A stretch of DNA of 36,517 nt from Myxococcota bacterium (GTDB lineage Bacteria > Myxococcota_A > Polyangia > Nannocystales > Nannocystaceae), in assembly GCA_039028615.1 (NCBI GenBank), contig JBCCHT010000071.1, forward strand, positions 1 to 36,517, in the 5' to 3' direction. The position numbers were made by a program, and so were the translations under genes. This document shows, piece by piece, positions 7,697 through 16,269 of this stretch; the stretch's first letter is position 1; every line of letters starts with the position of its first letter. The notes beneath the pieces were generated by a model. That model worked only from the letters and a program-made list of their open reading frames with translations. It was not told where the DNA came from and did not search any database.

Positions 7697-10381
7697 ATGG
7701 ACGAACAGACGGATCTCGACCTCGCCGCCGCTCGACCGGGCGAGGACCTCGAAGACGATCGCGTTCGCTCGCTGGTCGCGTCACGCCTGTTGGGGCGGAC
7801 CGAGCACGCGACGGTGGGTCGATTTCGCATCGAGAAACGACTCGGCGCGGGCGCGATGGGCATCGTCTACTCGGCGTACGACCCGCGGCTCGACCGTCGC
7901 ATCGCGCTGAAGGTGTTGCCGCAGCAGGCCAATCCCGACCGGCACTCCCACGTCCTCCGCGAGGCCCGAGCGGCGGCCCGCATCCACCACCCACACGTGA
8001 TGTCGGTCTTCGACTCGGGGGAGCACGAGGGCCAGGTGTGGATCGCGATGGAGCTGGTGGACGGCTGCACGCTGCGGCAGTGGTGGCAGGCCGAGACGCG
8101 GAGCTGGCGAGAGATCCTCCGGGTGTTCATGCAGTGCGCCGAGGCGCTGGCCGAAGCCCATCGCCTCGACGTGGTGCACCGTGACTTCAAGCCCAACAAC
8201 GTGCTGGTCGAGACCCGGCCTGGGACCGAGGTGCAGGCGCGCGTGGTCGACTTCGGGATCGCAGCGGACCTGCGCGACCGCGGCCGCGGGACGCTCGGCG
8301 GCGGAGGCACGCCCGCGTATATGGCCCCCGAGCAGCGCCGCGCCGTCTCGGTCGACGGGCGTGCGGACCAGTTCTCGCTGTCCGTCGCGCTATACGAGGC
8401 GCTGCACCGCGAGCTGCCCTTCCCCACGACCTCGCGCGAGGAACTCGCCGAGGCGGTCGCGGCCGGAGAGGTCCGCCCCTTCGACGCCCGCTTGCCGCGA
8501 TGGCTGCGTCGCATCATCACCCGCGGGCTCCAACCCGATCCGATCGATCGCTTCGAGACCATGTCCGCGTGGATCGAGCAGGCGCAGCGCGGCCTCGGCC
8601 GACGGCAGCGCGTGTTCGGCCTCGGGGCGCTCGTGGTGGTGGGCGCGGCGAGTGCCATGCTCGCGGCCGGACCCACCGAGTTCCGAGAGACCTGCGACCA
8701 AGCGGGGTCGGCCGCGCTCGAGGTCTGGTCGACGGAGCGTCAACAACGAGTGCGGGCGTGGTTCGGCGACGGCGATGCCCGCCCCTTCGAGGACGGCATC
8801 GATGCCTGGACCGAGCGATGGCGACAGGCGCGGCATGACGCCTGCACCGCGAGCGAGGTGCGGGGCCACGAATCGGCGCGTGCTCGGGCGCTACGGGACA
8901 GCTGCCTCGACCATCGCCTGACCACCCTCGACGGCTACCTGGAGGAGCTGCTCGAGCGCGAGCCGACCGCCATGCTCCGGGCCCAGGCCACCCGCTCCGT
9001 TCGTGGTCTGCCGGCCCTCGAGAGCTGTGCCGATGCGGCCGCCTTGCTCCGCGAGGTCGACATCGAGGGCGACCCCGAGCGTGTACGGGACATTCGCGAG
9101 CACCAGCAGCGCGTGGCCTACCTTCAAGGCCGGCAGCAGCTCCTGCCCTTGCCCGAAGCGGAGACGCTGACCCGGGCTGCGGTCGATCGCGCCCGCACGC
9201 TGGAGCATCCTCCGCTCACCGCCTCCGCCATGCGGCTATCCGCCATCAACCTCGATGCGCAGGGCCGCTACGACGAGGCGGCGGAGATGGCCAGCCAGGC
9301 TTACCTCATGGCCATCGCGGGGCGGGCCGACCAGGCCGCGACCGACAACGCGCTGCTCGCCGCGCTGGTGCACGCCCGCGGCACCCGGGACTTTCCGCGC
9401 TCGTCGCAGTGGCTCGCGCGCGCCGATGCGTGGATCCAGAGCCAGCGCGAGCCCGTGCTTCCGCGCGCCTACTGGCACGACTACGCCGGAATCCTGGCGG
9501 CCGAGCGGGGCGAGTACGAGGCGGCGGCCGGTCACCATCGCGACGCGCTGGCGCTGCGGCGCTCGAGCGCGCAGACCGAGGACACCGCCTACACGTCGCT
9601 CAGCGAGCTCGCCCGAGCGGAGCGCCTGCTCGGCCACAACGAGACCGCCCTCGCCCACCTCGACGAAGCGCGTACCGAACTCGAGCGAACCCTCGGCCCC
9701 GACCACCCCGACGTCGCGCGCATCTTCAACAACCTCGGCTCCATCGCTCAGGCCTTGGGGAGACTCGCGGATGCTCGCCGCTACCTGGAACGCGCCCTCG
9801 AGCTCAAGCGCAGCCGCCTCGGCCCCGACCACCCCGAGATCGGCTCGACCCTGGTCAACCTCTCCAATGTCGCCTGGGAGCTCGACGAGCGCGACCACGC
9901 CATCGAGCTGCTCACCGAGTCGATCGCGCTGCGCGAGCGAGCCCACGGGGCCGAGCACCCCTCACTGGTCATTCCGCTGTCCAACCTCGCGCTGTCGCTG
10001 CTGCAGATGAAGCGCTACGCCCAGGCCGATCGCCACTACGCCCGCGCGCTGGGCATCGGCGAGAACGCGCTCGGCCGGCTCCATCCCGCCACCGTGCCCG
10101 CGCTCGTGGGCTGGGCCCAGACCCACTACGCCGAAGGTCGCTTCGCCGACGCCCGTCCGCTGCTCGCTCGCGCCCGGGCCATCGTCACCGAGCACCCCAT
10201 CCCCCCGGTCGAACAAGCCGAGATCGACTACGAGCTGGCCCGCACGCTGAAGGCGCTCGGCGAGCCCGCGTCGACGGTCGCCCCCCTGGCCCGACGGGCA
10301 CGGGAGCACTGCGAACCGAGCCCCTCCAGTGCGCCGTGCGAGGACATCGACCTCCTGCTGGCATCGCTGGAGGCCGATTGA
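7697..10381 (+). CDS. Ser/Thr protein kinase with TM helix and C-terminal TPR repeats
   Basis: GAGAMGIVY, IALKVL, HRDFKPNN, DFG, GTPAYMAPE; TM segment VFGLGALVVVGAASAMLAA; kinesin-light-chain-like TPRs (LGPDHPDVA..NNLG). Start set at ATG 7697 to avoid overlap with the sigma gene. Confidence 0.93.
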   Translation: MDEQTDLDLAAARPGEDLEDDRVRSLVASRLLGRTEHATVGRFRIEKRLGAGAMGIVYSAYDPRLDRRIALKVLPQQANPDRHSHVLREARAAARIHHPHVMSVFDSGEHEGQVWIAMELVDGCTLRQWWQAETRSWREILRVFMQCAEALAEAHRLDVVHRDFKPNNVLVETRPGTEVQARVVDFGIAADLRDRGRGTLGGGGTPAYMAPEQRRAVSVDGRADQFSLSVALYEALHRELPFPTTSREELAEAVAAGEVRPFDARLPRWLRRIITRGLQPDPIDRFETMSAWIEQAQRGLGRRQRVFGLGALVVVGAASAMLAAGPTEFRETCDQAGSAALEVWSTERQQRVRAWFGDGDARPFEDGIDAWTERWRQARHDACTASEVRGHESARARALRDSCLDHRLTTLDGYLEELLEREPTAMLRAQATRSVRGLPALESCADAAALLREVDIEGDPERVRDIREHQQRVAYLQGRQQLLPLPEAETLTRAAVDRARTLEHPPLTASAMRLSAINLDAQGRYDEAAEMASQAYLMAIAGRADQAATDNALLAALVHARGTRDFPRSSQWLARADAWIQSQREPVLPRAYWHDYAGILAAERGEYEAAAGHHRDALALRRSSAQTEDTAYTSLSELARAERLLGHNETALAHLDEARTELERTLGPDHPDVARIFNNLGSIAQALGRLADARRYLERALELKRSRLGPDHPEIGSTLVNLSNVAWELDERDHAIELLTESIALRERAHGAEHPSLVIPLSNLALSLLQMKRYAQADRHYARALGIGENALGRLHPATVPALVGWAQTHYAEGRFADARPLLARARAIVTEHPIPPVEQAEIDYELARTLKALGEPASTVAPLARRAREHCEPSPSSAPCEDIDLLLASLEAD

Positions 10382-10399
10382 GCGACGCCCCCGGGGCGG

Positions 10400-11683
10400 T
10401 CACGGGTTGGAGAGGATCAACCCGATGTTGTTCGAGAGCTGGTTGGCGATGGCGAGGTCGGGCACGCCGTCCTCGTTGAAGTCGCCGGCCGCGATGCCCG
10501 AGGGCTGCTCGCCGACCACATAGACCCCGCGCCGCTCGAAGCTCCCCGTGCCGCGACCGACCGAGAGGGTCACGTCGTTCGAGCCCGAAGCCAAGACCGC
10601 GGCGTCGAGGCGACCGTCTTGGTCGTAGTCGGCGATCGCGGTGTCCCGCGGCCCTTCGCCCGCGGAGATCTGGCTGACCTCGGTGAAGCCGCCGAAGCCA
10701 TCGCCTCGCATCACGCTGACGCCCACCGCATGGGCGAAGAGCAGGTCGATGGAGCCGTCCTGATCGATGTCGGCATCGGCGATGCCGTAGGTCGACGAGG
10801 GCATGTCCAGCCGCCCCATCTGCTCGAAGCGCCCCTCCCCGTCTCCGCGGAACAACACCACCGCGGCCTCGCTGACGCGCGACACCACCATGTCCAGCGC
10901 CTCGTCGTGGGTGATGTCGACCAAGCGAACCTCCCACTGCTGCCCCGACAGCGGGTAGCTCACCGGGGGGTCGAAGCGCCCGTCGCCCCGCCCCAGCGAG
11001 ACGCGGACCTCGTCGGTGGCCGACACCGCGACGTCGAGGATGCCGTCGCCGTTGATGTCGCCCAGGTCGGAAATGATCGGCACCTCGCCGCCCGACATGC
11101 GGCCGCCGTCGAAGACCTCTCGGCCGCCCCCGTTGAGCATCACGCTGAGCGTCCCCGTGTCGGAGTTCGCCACGATGAAGTCGAGCCACCCGTTGTTGTC
11201 GATGTCTCCGACGCGAACGCCGACGGGAATGTCGTCGCCGCTCTCATAGGCCACGGGCTCGCTCAGGACGCCCTGGCCGTTGCCGTAGAGCACCGAGGTG
11301 TAGTTGTTGGGCGACTCGGCGTGCTCGAAGTCGGAGTTCGGCGTGACCACGTCGAGGTGCCCGTCGCCATCGATGTCGCCGATGTCGATCGCACACGGGT
11401 CGATCCGCGACCAGAAGACGATCTGCGGCAGCAGGCACAGCTCCCCGGGATCGATGATGCCGTTACCGCAGGTCGGGTCCTGCGGCGGCGCGGGATCGAT
11501 GGGTTCGTCGTCGACGAAGCCCACCGAGTCATCGGGCTCTTCCGGGAGCTCGCCCGCGTCGAGACCACCGTCGGCGACCTCCTCGTCGGTGAAGGGTCCG
11601 AGCCCCGTCCGACCGCAGCCGAGCAGCAGCAGGCTGGCCGCGACGGCGATCGAAAACGCATGGCGGATGGTCTGGTCGTGCAT
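10400..11683 (-). CDS. FG-GAP/VCBS repeat beta-propeller lipoprotein with one myxobacterial Cys-rich repeat
   Basis: Lipobox LLLLGC; TCGNGIIDPGELC; about seven DxDxDG-type repeats (DIDGDGHLD, DINGDGILD, DFNEDGVPD); AAGGGAG RBS before ATG 11683. Confidence 0.88.
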   Translation of the reverse strand: MHDQTIRHAFSIAVAASLLLLGCGRTGLGPFTDEEVADGGLDAGELPEEPDDSVGFVDDEPIDPAPPQDPTCGNGIIDPGELCLLPQIVFWSRIDPCAIDIGDIDGDGHLDVVTPNSDFEHAESPNNYTSVLYGNGQGVLSEPVAYESGDDIPVGVRVGDIDNNGWLDFIVANSDTGTLSVMLNGGGREVFDGGRMSGGEVPIISDLGDINGDGILDVAVSATDEVRVSLGRGDGRFDPPVSYPLSGQQWEVRLVDITHDEALDMVVSRVSEAAVVLFRGDGEGRFEQMGRLDMPSSTYGIADADIDQDGSIDLLFAHAVGVSVMRGDGFGGFTEVSQISAGEGPRDTAIADYDQDGRLDAAVLASGSNDVTLSVGRGTGSFERRGVYVVGEQPSGIAAGDFNEDGVPDLAIANQLSNNIGLILSNP

Positions 11684-11697
11684 GGTCTCGTCTCCCT

Positions 11698-12693
11698 TCA
11701 CATCAATCGCAGGAACAACCCCGCTCGCCAGGACATGCCGTGGAGCGAGAGCTCTCCGAGCGGGGACGTGGTGGCCTCGAGCGGATCATCGCCTTGGGAC
11801 AAGGTCGGCCGCACGTCGATGGCCCCGCGCCAGGTGTAGCCCACGCCGAGCTGGAGCCCGGCGGTGATGCGACCGGCCTGCTTGCGGGGCAGCCAGGCCT
11901 TGGGCAGGTACAGGCTGAGCCCGCCGTGCCCTTCGACCCGCGGGATCACGGCGCGCTGGCTCGCCGACTCGATGCTGTCGAAGGACAGATCGACGATCGA
12001 AGGACCGACCCCTACGCGAGCGAAGGCGTCCAGGCCTTCGATGGCCATCACGCTCACCCGACCGCGAACCTCGGGCTCGTGCATGTCGATGCTGGTGAAC
12101 ACGTCGGCGCCGTAGGCATCACCTTCTCGCCCCAGGATCTGATGGGCCACGCCACCCCCCAAGAACACGCGGCCCTCGGCGAGGCGGAAGTCGAACAGCG
12201 CGGAGAACGAGCCGTCGATCAGCACGCGTCCCTCGGAGAACGCTCGGTAGCCCTGGTCGCCCACCAGCGTCCCTCCCCCCGCGATCCCGAGATCGAGCCG
12301 CCAGCGGATCGGTCGAGGGGGCGGCGGCGGAGCGGGCTGAGGAGGTGCCGCGGGAGCGGGCTGAGCCGCCAGGGGTGCTCCCGAAGCCGGCGACTGAGAA
12401 CCGGGCTGGGCCGTGCTCTCGTTCCACGACGGGTCGGCCTCACCGGGCGCAGCCGCGGGAGCCGTACCCTCCGCCGGGCCAGCCGCATCGGCCACCGGGG
12501 CCTCGGCCTCGGCCGTCGCCGCAGCCTCCGTCGCGGCCGGAGTCTCCGTCGCATCGGCCGGAGGAGCGGCCTCGGAGGCATCGGCGGTGGGTGTCGTCAC
12601 CCCGTCCGTGGGATCGACGGTGGTCGTCGATTCGGGCGTCTCAGCTGGCCCCCACAGGGTCGCAGCCACCAAGATAGTCGAAACGTAAGTCAT
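11698..12693 (-). CDS. Putative outer-membrane beta-barrel protein with a Pro/Ala/Thr-rich N-terminal linker
   Basis: Signal-like N-terminus, long low-complexity linker, then alternating beta-strands (WRLDLGIAGG, VFLGGGV, AFARVGVG, LQLGVGYTW, WRAGLFLRL). Confidence 0.7.
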   Translation of the reverse strand: MTYVSTILVAATLWGPAETPESTTTVDPTDGVTTPTADASEAAPPADATETPAATEAAATAEAEAPVADAAGPAEGTAPAAAPGEADPSWNESTAQPGSQSPASGAPLAAQPAPAAPPQPAPPPPPRPIRWRLDLGIAGGGTLVGDQGYRAFSEGRVLIDGSFSALFDFRLAEGRVFLGGGVAHQILGREGDAYGADVFTSIDMHEPEVRGRVSVMAIEGLDAFARVGVGPSIVDLSFDSIESASQRAVIPRVEGHGGLSLYLPKAWLPRKQAGRITAGLQLGVGYTWRGAIDVRPTLSQGDDPLEATTSPLGELSLHGMSWRAGLFLRLM

Positions 12694-12708
12694 GATGAAC
12701 ACCGCAGC

Positions 12709-14256
12709 CTAGGGGTCGAGGAGACCATCGAGCAGGTAGCCCCACGCGACATAGCTGGACGAGCGAGAGGGATTGAGCGCGTCGGCAACCGTCATGTGAC
12801 CGACCCGATCGTCGTGGGTCAGCACCAGCTTGTTGACGCCGGGGAGGTAGTGAAAGCGGTCGATGGGGTCGTCCAAGACCATCGACTCCGGGTTGAGCGT
12901 GAGCAGGTCGACCGTGCTCACGAACTGCTGACCGGGGGTCCCGAGCAGCAACCGGTCACCTTCGAGCGCGGAGCTCTGCGCGTCGTAGGGGGACATCGAG
13001 CTGAGCGGTGTCACCTGCTCGAGCGGGATGTCCACGACATACAGATTGAGGCCCGAGCTGACGAGCACCCGATCGTTGTCGAGCACCACCAGCTCCTCGA
13101 TGCCGGTCTCGATGTTCAACACTCGCGGCGTGCGACCGATGGTCTCCTCGATGGCGTCGAGGTCGAGGGTGAACAGGGCGTTGCCGCCCGGAGCCCAGGC
13201 CACCGCCTGCCGGATGGTGCTGCCCCCCACCGTCTGGGCGTCGCGCATGAACAGGCGCTGCGCCAGCCCGCCCGTACCCACCGAGAAGCTCTCCTGGGTG
13301 CGGATGTCGGTGAAGATCATCGCCCCCCCGTCGGTGGTCACCAGGTAGGGCGCCTCCGCTCCGTTGTAGGTCGACAGATCGGTCGCGCCGTTGCCCACCG
13401 GGATCAGGCTGACCTGCGCGGAAAAGCCGGGCGCGCCCGTGGCCGGATCGGGCTTGTCGACCAGCGTCAGCATGGCCACGTCGGCCCCGACGTCCGAGCG
13501 CAGGAAGAGCGCGGGGCGATCGAAGACGTCGTCGCCGGGTCGCAGCAGGGTCTCGACCGGCGAGAAGTTCACCGCGTCCCCGAAGCGCACCGCGACCTGG
13601 TCGGCCTGAGCGTCGGCCATGTCGACGAGGACGACCTCGCCCTCGGCCAAGAATGCCGCGAGCTCGAGGCCTCGACCTCCGACGGCGACCGTGCCGTCGA
13701 TCCCGTCGACGGTGGGGAAGTCCACCGCCTGGAGCCGTCCGCCGAAGCCGTTGAGGGTGAGGTTGCGGACCTCGGTGCCCTGCAGGTCGACGACGGCGAC
13801 TTGGTTGGCGTTTTGCAGCGCGCCGCTGGAGACCCCGCCGCCGAAGTGCAGCACGGCTCGTTGTTCGTCGGGGGACAGGGAGACGCTGGTGAAGGGCGCG
13901 AGCACGTCGTAGACGCGACCTTGGTCTTCGCCATCGGCCGGCCACCAGTGCAGCTGCTCGCCGATGTCTTCCTCTTTGTCGGAGGCGGGCGCGGTCATGA
14001 CGATGACGCCGTCACCTCCGACCGTCGCGCGACTCCACAGCACGGTGCTGCGGTCGTCACCGACCGAGCGCCGCACCATGTCGAGGCGATCGTCCTGCGG
14101 CAGGGCGAAGACGAGCTCGTTGTTCGTCTTGTCGACGTAGGCGAGGCTGCGGTCGGTCGCGACCGGCGAGACGAAATCGAGAGACGACGCGTAGGGGTCG
14201 TCGGGCGCACAAGCCACGAGGGCCAGCGCCATGAATAGGGCGGAACGATGAGTCAT
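12709..14256 (-). CDS. Beta-propeller (YVTN/YncE-like) lipoprotein
   Basis: Lipobox LALVAC; blade-like motifs (LSPDEQRAV, VAVVDL, LYVVDI, VSTVDL); AAGGA upstream of ATG 14256. Confidence 0.75.
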   Translation of the reverse strand: MTHRSALFMALALVACAPDDPYASSLDFVSPVATDRSLAYVDKTNNELVFALPQDDRLDMVRRSVGDDRSTVLWSRATVGGDGVIVMTAPASDKEEDIGEQLHWWPADGEDQGRVYDVLAPFTSVSLSPDEQRAVLHFGGGVSSGALQNANQVAVVDLQGTEVRNLTLNGFGGRLQAVDFPTVDGIDGTVAVGGRGLELAAFLAEGEVVLVDMADAQADQVAVRFGDAVNFSPVETLLRPGDDVFDRPALFLRSDVGADVAMLTLVDKPDPATGAPGFSAQVSLIPVGNGATDLSTYNGAEAPYLVTTDGGAMIFTDIRTQESFSVGTGGLAQRLFMRDAQTVGGSTIRQAVAWAPGGNALFTLDLDAIEETIGRTPRVLNIETGIEELVVLDNDRVLVSSGLNLYVVDIPLEQVTPLSSMSPYDAQSSALEGDRLLLGTPGQQFVSTVDLLTLNPESMVLDDPIDRFHYLPGVNKLVLTHDDRVGHMTVADALNPSRSSSYVAWGYLLDGLLDP

Positions 14257-14263
14257 GTTAAGC

Positions 14264-16048
14264 CTAGTCCTTGACGGCATCGTTGAGGCGGAAACCGGTC
14301 ACCGTCTCGACCCCACTATCTCGGTCGAGGAAGGTGATGCGCCCCGTGGGATGCTCCTGCGATACGAAGATCTTGTCGGTGGCCTCGACGTAGCCCGCCC
14401 CTTCGGGGGGCGAGCCCAGGCTGAGTCCGTCGACGATGAAGGTGCGCAGGTCGACCAGGTCGACTCGTCGCACACCGCTGGTGTCGTCGCGTAGCAGCAC
14501 CACGGAGCGATCGCCCTCGGGGGTGAACACCACCGAGCGCGGCTCCGCTTCGACCATCTGGAGCTTCTTGACCGGGAAGTCCTTGCTCACGTCGAGCAGC
14601 GTGTACGACCACGGCGTGGCCCCTCCATCGGGCGAGGGCTCGTGCATGAGCATCGCGTTGTCGCCGTCCGGCGCCATCCCGACCGACGCGATGGGATAGT
14701 CCATGAACAACGTGATGCGCTCCGACCAGTCGCCTTCGCCCCGGCGCGCGATGGTGATGCGCTGTCGCGGGTCTTGATCGGGCGGCACCGCCCCCGAGTC
14801 GTCGCCACCTCCGTCGTCGCTCGAGTCGTCGTCACCCGTGGAGCTTCCGTCACCCGTGGAGCTGCCCCCGGTGTCGGTCCCGCTGGACGAGCCCTCTCCG
14901 CCTGCCATCGGGCCCAGGGGATCGGCCCAGCCGGGCTCGAGCGGGGACTCGCTGCCAAAGGGATTGACCGTCGTGTACAGCAGCATCGTCTCGCCGTCGG
15001 GCGACAGGTGAGCCAGGCCCACGTACTCCCCGTCGACGTCGTGGACCACGGGCTCGGCCGTCGGATCCACGGGCAACGCGATCTCCACGAAGCGGCTCCC
15101 CTGCGTCGACGGCACGGTCACGATCGCGAAGCTCCCGTCGGCCACGATGTCGACATCGGTCGCGGGTCCCGGCAAGGAGAGCTCGTTGAGTTCACCGCTG
15201 ACCAGGTCGGTCACGAACAGCCGAGTGTCTCCGGCGACCCGCGCCAGCGCGGTCCGCTGGTTGGCGGCCACCTGGATCTCGAGGTTCGCGGGATCGATGG
15301 CGGGGTCGTCGACCACGGGCAGCAGATCGGGCTTGCCCGTCATCGGGATCTCGTCGGTGATCACCACGTTGACCCCGTCGTCGGTCACCACGTAGGCCCG
15401 CTCGTTGGTCGACTCGAACACGATCTCGCGAGGGTGAGCCCCCACCGTCATCTCGTAGACCTGCTCGGTCGCGACGTCGATGGCGGTGAGTTCCTGATCG
15501 CTGCCCGGCCCCTGCTCCGTGGGCCCGTCGACGTCGTGATAGACGTAGACGAGCTGCTCGTCGGGCGAGATGGCCAGGTTGTTGGCCCCCGGCGAGCTGG
15601 GGACGATCTGCACCGTCGTCTCGCCGGCATCGTCGGTGCGGAGCAACGCTACGTCGTCGCTACCCTGGTCGAGCACCGCCACCACGCCTTCCGCGTTGAG
15701 CGGAGCAACCACCGTCGGGCCTCGCCCCACACCGACCACGTCGATGGCCAGGTTCGAAGAATCGATCACCGCGACCGAGTCGGTCGCCTCACTCGCGCTG
15801 TACACGAAGCGCCCGCTGGCCCGAGGGACGCGGAAATCACCCTCGTCCTCCATTTCGGGCGGCGGCTCGTCTCCATCGTCACCGGCTCCTCCGGTGGCCG
15901 CTCCGTCGCCTCCCGAGGTGCTGCCTGCACCCGGGAAACCGTCGCCACCCGCGAACCCGCTCGATTCATCGGCCGAGCACCCAGCGCCCAGCCCTACCAA
16001 CGCCAAGGTCGTCGATACGCACAACAAACGACGCACACTCATCATCAT
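14264..16048 (-). CDS. Beta-propeller (YVTN/YncE-like) lipoprotein
   Basis: Lipobox LGAGC; Gly-rich linker; SVAVIDS...VGVGRGP, ISPDEQ, VGAHP, LSPDGE, FTPEGDR blade motifs; AGGA RBS. Confidence 0.8.
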   Translation of the reverse strand: MMMSVRRLLCVSTTLALVGLGAGCSADESSGFAGGDGFPGAGSTSGGDGAATGGAGDDGDEPPPEMEDEGDFRVPRASGRFVYSASEATDSVAVIDSSNLAIDVVGVGRGPTVVAPLNAEGVVAVLDQGSDDVALLRTDDAGETTVQIVPSSPGANNLAISPDEQLVYVYHDVDGPTEQGPGSDQELTAIDVATEQVYEMTVGAHPREIVFESTNERAYVVTDDGVNVVITDEIPMTGKPDLLPVVDDPAIDPANLEIQVAANQRTALARVAGDTRLFVTDLVSGELNELSLPGPATDVDIVADGSFAIVTVPSTQGSRFVEIALPVDPTAEPVVHDVDGEYVGLAHLSPDGETMLLYTTVNPFGSESPLEPGWADPLGPMAGGEGSSSGTDTGGSSTGDGSSTGDDDSSDDGGGDDSGAVPPDQDPRQRITIARRGEGDWSERITLFMDYPIASVGMAPDGDNAMLMHEPSPDGGATPWSYTLLDVSKDFPVKKLQMVEAEPRSVVFTPEGDRSVVLLRDDTSGVRRVDLVDLRTFIVDGLSLGSPPEGAGYVEATDKIFVSQEHPTGRITFLDRDSGVETVTGFRLNDAVKD

Positions 16049-16269
16049 GTTCAAGTCCTAAGGTCTCGGTTGTCAGTGCCCACCACGAGGCAAACGATCA
16101 ACACGGAACAAGAATAGATGACGATGCGAGCGAGCGGATCCGGCTCACGGCAACGATCTGGGACGGCTGGGCCCTGACCCCAGCCCGAAAACCCTCGAAT
16201 TCGTCGATCCCGCGCACAATACGCGAGGCGAAGGGCCTCGGCGGAAGAAGCGCGGAGCCGCCCGATTCG

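Noticed and set aside
11740..14238. 832-aa plus-strand ORF
   Set aside because: Antisense shadow of the lipoprotein and barrel genes, which have signals, RBSs and operon spacing.
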